Below are positions 52,234 through 61,800 of a stretch of DNA of 64,000 nt, in pieces (the stretch's first letter is position 1; every line of letters starts with the position of its first letter). The notes below the pieces were generated by a model, which was not told the origin of the DNA, ran no database searches, and saw only the letters and a list, made by a program, of their open reading frames with translations. The translations under genes were made by a program, and so were the position numbers. This stretch comes from Thermoplasmata archaeon (GTDB taxonomy: Archaea; Thermoplasmatota; Thermoplasmata; Lutacidiplasmatales; UBA184): the NCBI GenBank assembly GCA_030041175.1, contig JASHOK010000030.1, positions 12,401 to 76,400 of the forward strand, written 5' to 3'.

Positions 52234-53391
52234 CTAGCGGCGCAGCCGCGGATCCAGCGCGTCGCGCAGCCCGTCAGCGAGGAAGTTCACGCTGATGGCG
52301 AACAGGAAGACCGTGAGGCCGGGGAACAGGATCTGCCACCAGGGGAAGATGCAGCTGATCCCCGGGTACGCGCAGTCCACGACGAACGTCTCGAGATACA
52401 TCACCGAGATCGCGGAGAGCGTGCCCCACTCGGGGAACGGGGTCGTCGGCCAGATCGGGAAGCCCAGGAAGACGATCACGCCCAGCAGGAGCGGCACGGT
52501 TCCCACATCGAGCGAGAACTGGACCATGACCGGATAGGTCACGTTCGGCAGAATGTGCTTCCGCAGGATCCGACCCGCTCGAGCGCCGCCCGCGCGGGCA
52601 GCCTCGACATACTTCTGTTCCCGGATGACCAGCGCCTGGCCCCGTACGATCCGCGTGTAGAACGGCCACCAGGTCACGACGAAGGCGGCGATGAGCACGC
52701 CCACGCGGCCCAGGAACGAGACATGGCTGCCGATCGTGGTCTGGAGCACCGCCAGGACGACGAGCACGAGCAGAAGGCCGGGGATCGAGAGGAAGATGTC
52801 GGTGAGCCGCATGATCACCTCGTCGGTCGAACCCCCTTGATAGCCGGACACCGACCCCAGGATCAGGCCGATGAGGGCTCCGCTCCCGACGATCGCGGCC
52901 GAGATTCCCAGCGACCAAGGAGCGCCTTTGATCAGCCCGGTCGCCGTGTTGTAGAAGAGCCCGTTCGCCGGCTCGATGGCCAGCGAACCTAATGGGAGCG
53001 GGCCCAGCCCCAGCGGCGATAACGACTCCGTCGGTGGCACGAGCGACTTCTCGAGCGAGGAGACCAGGTAGCAGCCGGCGCCCGGCGAGAGCTCGGGTGC
53101 GGCGTAGGTGCAGACCTGAACGCAGTTGGTGGCGGTCGAGAGGTAGGTCCCGCAGTACAGCGTCATGGAGTCCGAGGGGCCGGGGTAAAAGAAGGACCCC
53201 AGGGCCACGATGACGAAGAAAATCAGGAGGCCCAGCCCGACCATGGCGAGGGTGTTCTGGCGGAGAAGGTGCCAGGTTCGCTTCAGCTGGTCCACGCGCG
53301 CGTTAAACGGGCGCGGGGCGGCTTTTTTCTCCGGCTCGGTCGCCGGGGGCTTCGTCGCCGCTGTACCGGGAGAGTCCTCGGCTGTGGCCAT
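52234..53391 (-). CDS. ABC transporter permease, DppC/OppC type
   Basis: ATG (CAT at 53389-53391) gives MATAEDSPG.... EAA loop KYVEAARAGGARAGRILRKHILPN. About 6 TM helices. Confidence 0.85.
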   Translation of the reverse strand: MATAEDSPGTAATKPPATEPEKKAAPRPFNARVDQLKRTWHLLRQNTLAMVGLGLLIFFVIVALGSFFYPGPSDSMTLYCGTYLSTATNCVQVCTYAAPELSPGAGCYLVSSLEKSLVPPTESLSPLGLGPLPLGSLAIEPANGLFYNTATGLIKGAPWSLGISAAIVGSGALIGLILGSVSGYQGGSTDEVIMRLTDIFLSIPGLLLVLVVLAVLQTTIGSHVSFLGRVGVLIAAFVVTWWPFYTRIVRGQALVIREQKYVEAARAGGARAGRILRKHILPNVTYPVMVQFSLDVGTVPLLLGVIVFLGFPIWPTTPFPEWGTLSAISVMYLETFVVDCAYPGISCIFPWWQILFPGLTVFLFAISVNFLADGLRDALDPRLRR

Positions 53392-53395
53392 CGCG

Positions 53396-54601
53396 TCAGC
53401 CCAGCCGGACCCGGGGGTCGAGGTAGGCGTAGAGGATGTCGACGATGATGTTCGCCGCAACGACGATGATCGTGAAGACGATTGTAGTCCCGAAGATCAC
53501 CCCGAAGTCAAAGGGCGGCCGAACCGAGTAGGTGAAGAGCAGTCCAATGCCCCGAAGCCCAAAGATATCCTCGGTCACGGGAAACCCGGCGAGGAAGAAG
53601 GCGAAGGTCAGGCCGAGGACCGTCAGCGTCACGTTGAACGCGTTCCGACCCGCGTGGCGACGAATGACCTGCTGCTCGGCCACACCGATGGCGCGTGCGT
53701 GCTTGATGTAGTCGAGGGACAGGACCTCGAGCATGCTGTTCCGGACAAACCGGAGGATGCCGGCGGCCGAGCCGAAGGCCACGGTGAAGGCGGGCAGCAA
53801 GAGTCGCCGGATGGTGTCGAGCGCGATCAACGGCTGGCCGTGGATGAGCGCGTCGATCGTGGGAAAATGCGTGGGATTGGTCTGACCGTAGATGCCGATC
53901 CAGCTGGGCTGGACGCCGTTGTATGGCGGACAGGCGTAGCCGCTCGGGTCCGGCGGTAGCCCGTACCAGAGATCCCAGGGCGTGGCGGTCCCTCCGCAGA
54001 TGTGCGTGAAGCCGCCGGTGGCGAGCACCGCGAGCAGGAGCGTTCCGCCTCCGAGCAGGTACGTCGGAAGGGCGAAGCCGGAGAAGGAGAGGAGGCGGGC
54101 GGACTGGTCAAACGGTCGATTCCTCCGGACGGCGGCCCGATTCCCGATCGGGAAGGACATCAGCCAGATCATCACGAGCGACAGGGCCGCGAGTTCGAGC
54201 GTATAGGGTAGGTACCAGGAGAGAACGGTGAGGACGGGGATGCCGCCAGGAATGGCGATCTCGTAGAGGAGGCTATGTGCGGAGGTGTAACCCCACTGAC
54301 CGGTGAACAGGTTGTACATGTACCGCGCCCACTGCACCGGTAACGGCTGATTGAGACCCAGCTCTCGGATACCGTTCCAGTACCAAGGATTCGGGCAGAA
54401 CCGGGAGCCGTTCGGCGAGGTGAAGCCAAAGCGAGAGCACAGGACGTACGGGCCATTCCCGAACTTCGAAATTCCGAACTGCGACGACAGACGCTGCTCC
54501 GTCGGGATGGCGCTGACCAGTACGAAGGTGATGGTCATGACGCCCACCAGCACGGGGATCAGCAGCAGGATTCGGCGGATGATGTAGGTCCAGAGCTTCA
54601 C
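53396..54601 (-). CDS. ABC transporter permease, DppB/OppB type
   Basis: MKLWTYIIRRILLLIPVLVGVMTITFVL is the typical N-terminus, with the EAA-like loop DYIKHARAIGVAEQQVIRRHAGRNA. It has an unusually long periplasmic insert. Confidence 0.85.
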   Translation of the reverse strand: MKLWTYIIRRILLLIPVLVGVMTITFVLVSAIPTEQRLSSQFGISKFGNGPYVLCSRFGFTSPNGSRFCPNPWYWNGIRELGLNQPLPVQWARYMYNLFTGQWGYTSAHSLLYEIAIPGGIPVLTVLSWYLPYTLELAALSLVMIWLMSFPIGNRAAVRRNRPFDQSARLLSFSGFALPTYLLGGGTLLLAVLATGGFTHICGGTATPWDLWYGLPPDPSGYACPPYNGVQPSWIGIYGQTNPTHFPTIDALIHGQPLIALDTIRRLLLPAFTVAFGSAAGILRFVRNSMLEVLSLDYIKHARAIGVAEQQVIRRHAGRNAFNVTLTVLGLTFAFFLAGFPVTEDIFGLRGIGLLFTYSVRPPFDFGVIFGTTIVFTIIVVAANIIVDILYAYLDPRVRLG

Positions 54602-54946
54602 GAGCGTTCCCCTCCCGACGAGGTTCGAACTCCGACCGCCGCGCCTTGCCGCCTCGCTCGCATCCCTTCAGGGGCCGTCGGCAGGGCATGGGATTGCCAG
54701 GTCCGGATTTTCCCCACCCAGCCTGCTCGGCGTCGCTATCGATGGCCTCCCTCTACATGAAAAGTGGGATTCCGGCCGGTCCGATTCCCGGGTTGAGCCG
54801 TGGGCTCGTCCTCAGGCTCGAGGGTCGGACCGACACGTACGAACGCTAAATCCCGCCCGGCCCTGCGAAACTCAGGAAGATACAGTGGGAGCTGGGATCC
54901 TGCCTCTCGGCCGGTCGCGCCGGAACGGCTTGGTAGGCTGCCAACT

Positions 54947-56509
54947 ATGAGCGCGACTCCCGAGGTCTACCAAAATCTCGGACAGATGATCCGAGATCGG
55001 GCGCGCATCAGCCCCGAGAAGGTCGCTCTCGTTTGCTGGGATGGGACGCTCCGCTACGGAGAGCTGGACAGCCGGTCCGATCAGTTAGCGGTGGGCCTCT
55101 TGGAGAGCGGGATCGGCGCGGGCGACCGGGTCGCGACCCTGACCTCCAACCGGACCGAATTCGTCGCGCTCTGGTTCGCGGTTGCGAAACTAGGAGCGGT
55201 GCTCGTGCCGCTCAACACGGCACTCCGGGGGGAGTTGCTGGCCTATGAATTGGAGGACTGCCAGCCCAAGGGCCTGTTAGTGGAGCAGACCTATCTGTCG
55301 GCCTTCACCGCGGTTCGGGCCGGCCTGCCGGCCATCCCCGCATGGGTGGTCGGAGAGTCCCCTTCCGGGCCCGGGACCGTGCCGTTTGACTCGCTCCGTT
55401 CTGCGCGAAGATCCCTGCCCGAGCTCTCGGTCGAGCCGTGGCAGCCCGCCGAGATCATCTACACGAGCGGGACGACCGACCGTCCGAAGGGAGTCGTTCT
55501 GCCGCACCGAAGGCTGCTGAATACCCCCCGCGAGATCGGGGGGCGCGCCCGGCTGGATGCGGGCTCGGTCCTGTTTTCGGCGCTTCCCCTCTTTCACTGC
55601 AACGCCCAGGAGAAGACCGTACTGGTCGCGCTGCTCCATGGGCTCACGGCCGTCATCGCCGACCGATTCCGGGCGTCTACTTTCTGGGACCAGGCCGCCG
55701 CCTCGGGCGCCACTCATGTCTCGCTGCTCACCTCGATGATCTCGATTCTCTACAAGCAGCCGCCTACGGACCGGGACCGGACGCACGGGGTTCGCATCGC
55801 CACCGCCTCGGGTACTCCGGCGGACCTCTGGGCGGACTTCCAGGAACGCTTCGGCATCTCGATCGTGGAAAGCTACGGCATGACGGAGTGCGGCTGCACC
55901 ACGATCATGAATCCGCCCTCCGCGCCCCGCGTCGGTTCGGTCGGCACGCCGTTGGGCTTCGTTGAAGCACAGGTTGTGGACGATTGGGACCGTCCGGTGC
56001 CGCCCGGGACACCGGGCGAGCTCCTGGTCCGGCCCCGAGAGCCGTTCACGATGTTTCTCGAATACTACCGGAAGCCGGAGAAGACGGTCGAGGCGTGGCG
56101 GAACCTCTGGTTCCACACCGGCGACCTGATGAAGCAGGACGCGGACGGCTACTTCTACTTCCTCGACCGGAAGAAGGACGTCATCCGACGTCGAGGGGAG
56201 AACATCGCGCCCTACGACGTGGAGAATGTTCTGAACCAGCACCCATCGGTGTTCGAGTCGGTCGTGGTCGGCGTGCCGGCGGAGGTCGGCGAGGAGGACG
56301 TGAAGGCGTTCATCCAGCTGAAGCCGGGTCTCCGGGTCGACCCGGAGGAGCTGTTCCGATTCGCCGCGGACCGGCTGCCGGCATTCATGGTCCCTCGGTA
56401 CCTCGAGTTCATCGAGGATATCCCCCGAACCTCCAACCAGAAGGCGCAGCGTCGACTCCTCAAGGGAAAACGCTCGGAAGCTGAGGTCGAGCGACCGGCC
56501 TACCGGTAG
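54947..56509 (+). CDS. AMP-dependent synthetase/ligase (acyl-CoA synthetase family, CaiC-like)
   Basis: IIYTSGTTDRPKGVVL (AMP motif), YGMTECG, WFHTGDL, RKKDVIRRRGENI, and the terminal lysine region NQKAQRRLL. Confidence 0.88.
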   Translation: MSATPEVYQNLGQMIRDRARISPEKVALVCWDGTLRYGELDSRSDQLAVGLLESGIGAGDRVATLTSNRTEFVALWFAVAKLGAVLVPLNTALRGELLAYELEDCQPKGLLVEQTYLSAFTAVRAGLPAIPAWVVGESPSGPGTVPFDSLRSARRSLPELSVEPWQPAEIIYTSGTTDRPKGVVLPHRRLLNTPREIGGRARLDAGSVLFSALPLFHCNAQEKTVLVALLHGLTAVIADRFRASTFWDQAAASGATHVSLLTSMISILYKQPPTDRDRTHGVRIATASGTPADLWADFQERFGISIVESYGMTECGCTTIMNPPSAPRVGSVGTPLGFVEAQVVDDWDRPVPPGTPGELLVRPREPFTMFLEYYRKPEKTVEAWRNLWFHTGDLMKQDADGYFYFLDRKKDVIRRRGENIAPYDVENVLNQHPSVFESVVVGVPAEVGEEDVKAFIQLKPGLRVDPEELFRFAADRLPAFMVPRYLEFIEDIPRTSNQKAQRRLLKGKRSEAEVERPAYR

Positions 56510-56576
56510 ACCGTCGTGCGGCGGCAACACGCTTACCTATCCCAAGCGGTCAGGGACGGGCGAGGAGCCTCCGGGA

Positions 56577-57989
56577 ATGGAGTCGGCCGCTATCGACGAC
56601 ATTCTGTCGGTCCGGGACAACCATCTCTATGTGGAGGACCTCTCCGCCGCAGCCATCGCGCGACGATTCGGCACTCCGGTCTACGTGGTCTCGGAGAGTG
56701 GTCTCCGGAACCGGGTGCGCCGCTTCGTCCGGGCGTTTGCGACGCGATGGCCGGAGGGCGAGGTCCACGTACTTCCGTCGCTCAAGGCGAACTTTGCGCT
56801 CGCTCTCCGGCATCTGCTCACTCAGGAGGGGGTCGGTTGCGACACGTTCGGCATGCCGGAACTTCAGGTCGCCCTCGCGGCCCGAGTCCGCCCGGAATTG
56901 ATCTCCGTCAACGGCTCTAGCAAGGACCGCGCGCTCATCGAGCGGGCGGTGCAGTCCGGCGCGCGAATCACGTTGGACAGCGAGAGAGAAATCGGAATCG
57001 TTCGCCAAGTTGCGCGGGACCTCCGGGTTCGAGCACGAGTACGGTTCCGGCTGCGACCGGACTATGCCGACCTCGATTTTCCCTCCGACTTTGGCCACGA
57101 TGTGATCATCCGGGACGCGGCCCAGGCGTACAAGCCTGGGATTCCAACGGAGCTCCTGCTCCGCGTGGGTGAGGACGCGATCCGGGCGCCGGAGCTGGAC
57201 GTCCGGGGTGTGATGGTCCACCTGGGTCGTCACACTAGTGACCTCGAAGTCTGGCGGCGCATGGCCGCCGGGGTGGGAGCCCTCATCGGTCAGCTTTCGC
57301 AATCCTGGTCGGGCTGGGAACCCACCGAGATCGATCTCGGGGGCGGTTTTCCCTCGCACCGGGACCCGACCGGTGAGGGGGTCCGGTATGAGCGGCACGA
57401 GGCCACAGGGGCCCCGGCTCCCGAGATCGAAGCGTATGCGGAAGCCCTGACTGGGGCGCTCCGCGAGTCGCTGCGCCGGCAAGGGGTTTCCCCTTCCGGG
57501 AAGGTCCTCGAGGTGGAACCGGGACGGAGCCTCTATGCGGACGTTGGGATCCATCTCGCAACCGTACGGAACATCAAGACACAACAGCGGCCCGTGGCCC
57601 GAACCTGGGTAGAGACGGATACCTCCGAGATGTTTCTTCTCGACACGCTGATCGAGCACAACCGCTGGGACACTTTGGTTGTCGAGCGAGCCCGCGAGGC
57701 GCCAACGGTGACGGCGGACATCGTCGGAATTTCCTGCGGCTTCGACGTTATCGTACCCGATGCCCGGCTGCCCGAGGTCGGCGAGGGCGACCACATTGCG
57801 TTCCTGGCCACGGGGGCGTACCAGGACGCAACCGCCGCGAACTTCAATGCCATGCCGCGGCCAGGGACCGTCCTAGTGCGCGGAGCCGACGCGTGGGTGA
57901 TACGCCAGCCCGAGTCCGTCGAGGACGTCTTCCGGAGAGATGTGGTACCTGAGCACCTGGCGGCCGGCATCCCGGAGTCGACGCGATGA
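56577..57989 (+). CDS. Alanine-racemase-fold PLP decarboxylase (Orn/DAP/Arg decarboxylase family 2, LysA-like)
   Basis: FGTPVYVVSE, PSLKANFAL (PLP Lys), IDLGGGFP, EPGRSLYA, GISCGFDVIV, GAYQDA. Confidence 0.85.
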   Translation: MESAAIDDILSVRDNHLYVEDLSAAAIARRFGTPVYVVSESGLRNRVRRFVRAFATRWPEGEVHVLPSLKANFALALRHLLTQEGVGCDTFGMPELQVALAARVRPELISVNGSSKDRALIERAVQSGARITLDSEREIGIVRQVARDLRVRARVRFRLRPDYADLDFPSDFGHDVIIRDAAQAYKPGIPTELLLRVGEDAIRAPELDVRGVMVHLGRHTSDLEVWRRMAAGVGALIGQLSQSWSGWEPTEIDLGGGFPSHRDPTGEGVRYERHEATGAPAPEIEAYAEALTGALRESLRRQGVSPSGKVLEVEPGRSLYADVGIHLATVRNIKTQQRPVARTWVETDTSEMFLLDTLIEHNRWDTLVVERAREAPTVTADIVGISCGFDVIVPDARLPEVGEGDHIAFLATGAYQDATAANFNAMPRPGTVLVRGADAWVIRQPESVEDVFRRDVVPEHLAAGIPESTR

Positions 57990-58456
57990 AAGTTCGCGGG
58001 ATCGATCACGTATCCGTGTCCGTCAGCGATCTCGACCGGTCGCTCCGCTTCTACCAGGGTCTCCTAGGTCTCCCGCTCTTGGGTCGGGGCGAGGAGGAAG
58101 GGCCCACACTGTCCGGGCCGAGCGGGGATGTCCGGAGCCGGTTCCGCTTCGCTGATTTGGACCTAGGGACGGGGCAACTCCTCGAACTCTTGCAGTGGCT
58201 CGAACCCCACGGGGTGCCGGGCCGGGTCTCCGTCCACGACCCCGGCAGTGGTCACGTCGGCCTCCAGGTGGACAGCCTCGACGACGCGCTCCGTATCCTC
58301 GCCACGGCCGGCTTTTCCCCTCGATTCGACCCGGTCCGCCTGGAGGCCCCGGGATGGTGGGCCGGGGCACGGGTCGTCTACGTTTCGGACCCGGACGGGG
58401 CCACGGTCGAACTGGTTGAGTGGCCGTCGTCCAAAGGTCGCCCGGTCCGAGCTTGA
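57986..58456 (+). CDS. VOC/glyoxalase family protein
   Basis: ATGA overlap. MKVRGIDHVSVSVSDLDRSLRFYQGLLGLPL...HVGLQVDSLDDA...VSDPDGATVELVEW. Confidence 0.85.
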   Translation: MKVRGIDHVSVSVSDLDRSLRFYQGLLGLPLLGRGEEEGPTLSGPSGDVRSRFRFADLDLGTGQLLELLQWLEPHGVPGRVSVHDPGSGHVGLQVDSLDDALRILATAGFSPRFDPVRLEAPGWWAGARVVYVSDPDGATVELVEWPSSKGRPVRA

Positions 58457-58476
58457 CCGGCGACCCTTCCGGATCA

Positions 58477-59289
58477 CTAGGTCGACGCCGGCCGTTGCCA
58501 GACGGCCCGGTCAAAGGCCCAGCGGAAGCCCATGGCCTCGTAGACGGACTCGGCCATCGGCGTGGACTGGAGGAATCCGAGCGTGCACCCCAACTCGAAG
58601 CCCGTGCGTATGGCCCGCTCGGTGATCGCGCGACCGTATCCGCGGCCCCGCCATTTCGAGATGACGCCGACTGCGTAGACTCCGGCCACCCCTCGGTGGA
58701 GGAAAGCGGCGGACGTCGCAACAGGGGTGCCGGCGACCCGGCCCAGGAAGCGAAGGAAATCGGGCAGCTCGGTTCGCGAGGGGGGCGGCGACGGGGACGG
58801 GGGTGCCCCGCTCATCCCCTCGACCATGGTCGCCAGAAAGACGGGAACGTCGCTGGAACTCCGGACTGGGGCGATCTCCAGGTCCTCGGGAGTCGCTCCC
58901 TGTACCAGCCCGGCCGGGCGCAGCAGGAAGCCGGGCCGCCGGGTCCGCGCCGTCAGACCGACCTTCGCGGCCTGGGCGTCGACCTGAGCCTCGATTTCGG
59001 ACGGCGTCTCCAGGCGCCAAGATCTCCCTCGCGCGGAAAAGTACTCGGCGGCTCGCTGGATGCCGGTCCACCCCGTCGAGACCGACTCTACGAAGGCGAT
59101 GTTGAACTCCGGAATCGGCCTGCCAGAGTCGATAAGCGTCAGGTCCGGGGAGGGCACGATGTGCGCGTTCGGCCGCTGAAGCACCCAGGTCGCGTATGCG
59201 CCGTACAGATTCGACAGCACCGCCCCCATCTCCTCGCGACTCGTCGGGACCGTCCCAGAGGCCCGGGTTCGCGGTTCGGCCGGCTCCAT
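58477..59289 (-). CDS. GNAT acetyltransferase (tandem/extended GNAT fold)
   Basis: ATG (CAT at 59287-59289) gives MEPAEPRTR.... The C-terminal half GVYAVGVISKWRGRGYGRAITERAI...STPMAESVYEAMGF is a canonical acetyl-CoA binding motif. Confidence 0.75.
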   Translation of the reverse strand: MEPAEPRTRASGTVPTSREEMGAVLSNLYGAYATWVLQRPNAHIVPSPDLTLIDSGRPIPEFNIAFVESVSTGWTGIQRAAEYFSARGRSWRLETPSEIEAQVDAQAAKVGLTARTRRPGFLLRPAGLVQGATPEDLEIAPVRSSSDVPVFLATMVEGMSGAPPSPSPPPSRTELPDFLRFLGRVAGTPVATSAAFLHRGVAGVYAVGVISKWRGRGYGRAITERAIRTGFELGCTLGFLQSTPMAESVYEAMGFRWAFDRAVWQRPAST

Positions 59290-59429
59290 CGTTGCGCCTG
59301 GATCGCCCCAACTCACCTGGGACTTAGTCCTGCCGCACGGGCAGGAGTACGGCTTGGAACCAAGCGGCTCCGTAGGACAGCCCCGCCGAAAGGCGTAAGC
59401 GGGAGGTCGGATTGCGCCCATCGACGACC

Positions 59430-59660
59430 ATGAAGTGCGAAGGATGCGGTGCCGAGCTAGCTCCCAACGCGAAGACCTGCACTGCCTGCGGCCGAGCGAC
59501 CACCTTTGGCCAACGGGCCGGGGCGGAAACCGAACATGTCGCCGAAAAGACGGGTGAGGTCGCCGGGAAAGTGGGCCGCGGTATCGTCGGTGGCGTCAAG
59601 GGTTTCGCGGCTGGGGCCAAGAAGGGCTACAAGGGCTCGGACGAGGATAAGCAGCAATAG
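59430..59660 (+). CDS. Small zinc-ribbon protein with a Gly/Lys-rich tail
   Basis: MKCEGCGAELAPNAKTCTACGRAT (CxxC-x10-CxxC), then GEVAGKVGRGIVGGVKGFAAGAKKGYKGSDEDKQQ. Confidence 0.6.
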   Translation: MKCEGCGAELAPNAKTCTACGRATTFGQRAGAETEHVAEKTGEVAGKVGRGIVGGVKGFAAGAKKGYKGSDEDKQQ

Positions 59661-59758
59661 TCCAGCCCACACGGTGGGACGCCCCGCACGGTGCCCCGTT
59701 CGTACGGCCGACCCGGAAGTGCGAAAATCGCTTAGATTCCTCGGGCTGACCTCCTGCG

Positions 59759-61714
59759 TTGGGTGATGTCACGGCCAGTTCATCCCTGGACGCCGGGGGT
59801 TCGGAGGCAGCGCCCCCAAAGGACACGGCGCCCGAGGACCCGCTAGCCCGATGGCATCGGCGTATCACGGAAGCGTTCCGGCGGCCCTCCACCGGGGTCG
59901 TCGGGGTCACCAGAGATCTCACGCGTTGGGTGGCCATCGCAGTACCCATCGGGGTCGTCGCGGGCCTGGGCGCGGCGCTCTTCTACTATCTGCTCAACCT
60001 CGCATCCGACCTCTTTCTCTCGACGGTTGCGGGCCTCACGCTTCCGATGGAAGGGACCACCGTTCCCTCGCTGCTCCAGTGGGGGGCCTCCTACCCCCGG
60101 CTGTTCCTAGTTCCGGCGGTGATGGTCCTGGGGGGCTTGGCCGTGGGACTCATTGTATGGCGACTCGCACCCGAGGTGGCCGGCCACGGCACGGACGCCA
60201 CGATTCAGGCGTTCCACGAAGGCGCAGGCAAAGTTCGTTACCGGGTGCCGCTCCTGAAGACGCTGGCAAGCGTGGTCACGCTTGGCACCGGGGGTAGCGG
60301 CGGACGGGAAGGACCGGTTTCTCAAATCGGAGGCGGATTCGGATCGTTCCTCAGCGATCTGTTTGGTCTGAGCGACCGGGACCGGCGGATCGCCCTCGCG
60401 ACCGGCATGGGGGCCGGGATCGGGGCCATCTTTCGAGCTCCCCTGGGTGGCGCGGTCTACTCCGCCGAAATCCTGTATACCGGGGACTTCGAGCCCGAGG
60501 TCTTCGTTCCCGCGATCATCGCGTCCGTCGTCGCCTACTCGGTCTACTCTACGATCTTTGGTTTTCACACGCTCTTCGCAACCCCGGCGGCGCTGGCGAG
60601 CTATGAATTCGACCCGGCCCGGTTACCGCTGTACGGCGTACTCGGCATCGTATGCGGAGCCGCGGGCATCTTGTTCGTGCGACTCTACCGACGCACCGAC
60701 GGCTGGTTCGGTTCCCGCCGGTGGCCCGCCTACCTCCGCCCGACCGTGGGGGCGGCCTGCGCCGGCGCGATCTTCGTGGGGGCGTACTTCTTGGTTCCTC
60801 AGGAGAACCACTTCGCCGCGCTGTCCTCGCTGACCATCGGCTACGGATTCGTACAGGCCGCAATGCTCGGCGAGCTTTCTCAGGGGAACTTCACCCTCGT
60901 CGTGCTCTCGGTCCTCCTCGTCGCTATCGCCCTGCGCATGGTGATGACGTCCTTTGTCGTTGGGAGCGGCGGAAGCGCAGGACTGTTTGGGACGAGCGTC
61001 GTCGTGGGCGCGTTCCTCGGGACCATCGTCGGAGGCGCCGCTCACGTGCTGTTGCCCTCGCTTATCCCGCTCCCCGTGGTCGCGGTCTTCTCGATCGTAG
61101 GAATGATGTCGTTCTTCGGCGGAATTTCGAAGGCGCCTCTCGGCGTGCTCATCATGGTCGTAGAAATGGTGGGGAGCTACACGGTGTTGCCCGCCGCGAT
61201 GGTCTCCATCTTCGTAGCCTACATTGTTACCGGCAGGAATCACATCTATCAAGAACAGCTGCCCACCCGGCTCCAGAGCCCCGCACATTTGGAGGAATAC
61301 CGCAACTACCTGCTGGGCGTGACGCCGATTGGAGCCCTGGCCCGGCAGCTTTCCGAGACCGTTCCGCCTTCGACTACAGTGGCGGCCGCCCTCGACTTGG
61401 CGGTCGCGCACGGCCGCGTGGCCCTCTCGGTCGACGAAGGGGGCTCGTGGCACGGCGCCGTCTACCTCAATGATCTGCTCGCCATTCCGAGTGAGCGTCG
61501 GGCGCGAATCGCCGTGGGCGAGATCGCGCGGCCGGCCGAGCTCATGCTCTCGAGCGATCTCACGGCGGCGGAGGCCTTGAAGCGCATGTCGGAGGCCGGC
61601 ACGAACATTGCTGTCGTACTTTCTGCGGAGGAACCCGTCCACGTTGTCGGGCTCGTGAGCCGTCAGGCGATCTTTGCGCCGGAATCCGTATCGGTGACTC
61701 CTGACCAGCGCTGA
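59759..61714 (+). CDS. ClC family chloride channel/transporter with a C-terminal CBS pair
   Basis: GGSGGREGPVSQIG (gating Glu motif GREGP), GAIFRAPLGGAVYSAEIL, about 10-11 TM helices, and a C-terminal CBS-like region (...HVVGLVSRQAIF). TTG start; the true start is uncertain. Confidence 0.85.
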   Translation: MGDVTASSSLDAGGSEAAPPKDTAPEDPLARWHRRITEAFRRPSTGVVGVTRDLTRWVAIAVPIGVVAGLGAALFYYLLNLASDLFLSTVAGLTLPMEGTTVPSLLQWGASYPRLFLVPAVMVLGGLAVGLIVWRLAPEVAGHGTDATIQAFHEGAGKVRYRVPLLKTLASVVTLGTGGSGGREGPVSQIGGGFGSFLSDLFGLSDRDRRIALATGMGAGIGAIFRAPLGGAVYSAEILYTGDFEPEVFVPAIIASVVAYSVYSTIFGFHTLFATPAALASYEFDPARLPLYGVLGIVCGAAGILFVRLYRRTDGWFGSRRWPAYLRPTVGAACAGAIFVGAYFLVPQENHFAALSSLTIGYGFVQAAMLGELSQGNFTLVVLSVLLVAIALRMVMTSFVVGSGGSAGLFGTSVVVGAFLGTIVGGAAHVLLPSLIPLPVVAVFSIVGMMSFFGGISKAPLGVLIMVVEMVGSYTVLPAAMVSIFVAYIVTGRNHIYQEQLPTRLQSPAHLEEYRNYLLGVTPIGALARQLSETVPPSTTVAAALDLAVAHGRVALSVDEGGSWHGAVYLNDLLAIPSERRARIAVGEIARPAELMLSSDLTAAEALKRMSEAGTNIAVVLSAEEPVHVVGLVSRQAIFAPESVSVTPDQR

Positions 61715-61800
61715 AAGGCGGCCCTCGACGGGCGCCCCCGGGAGACTGTCGCCCAGCGGGCACGCACAGTGCTGAATACTCGGAGACCCGTGGCCTCGCG

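Noticed and set aside
54615-54645. A T-arm-like sequence GGAGTTCGAACCTC (minus strand) in the 345-nt spacer upstream of dppB, which suggested a tRNA or tRNA fragment.
   Set aside because: Only 3 bp of T-stem complementarity are present. No acceptor, D or anticodon arms can be built on either strand. It is most likely a chance occurrence of the palindrome TTCGAA.
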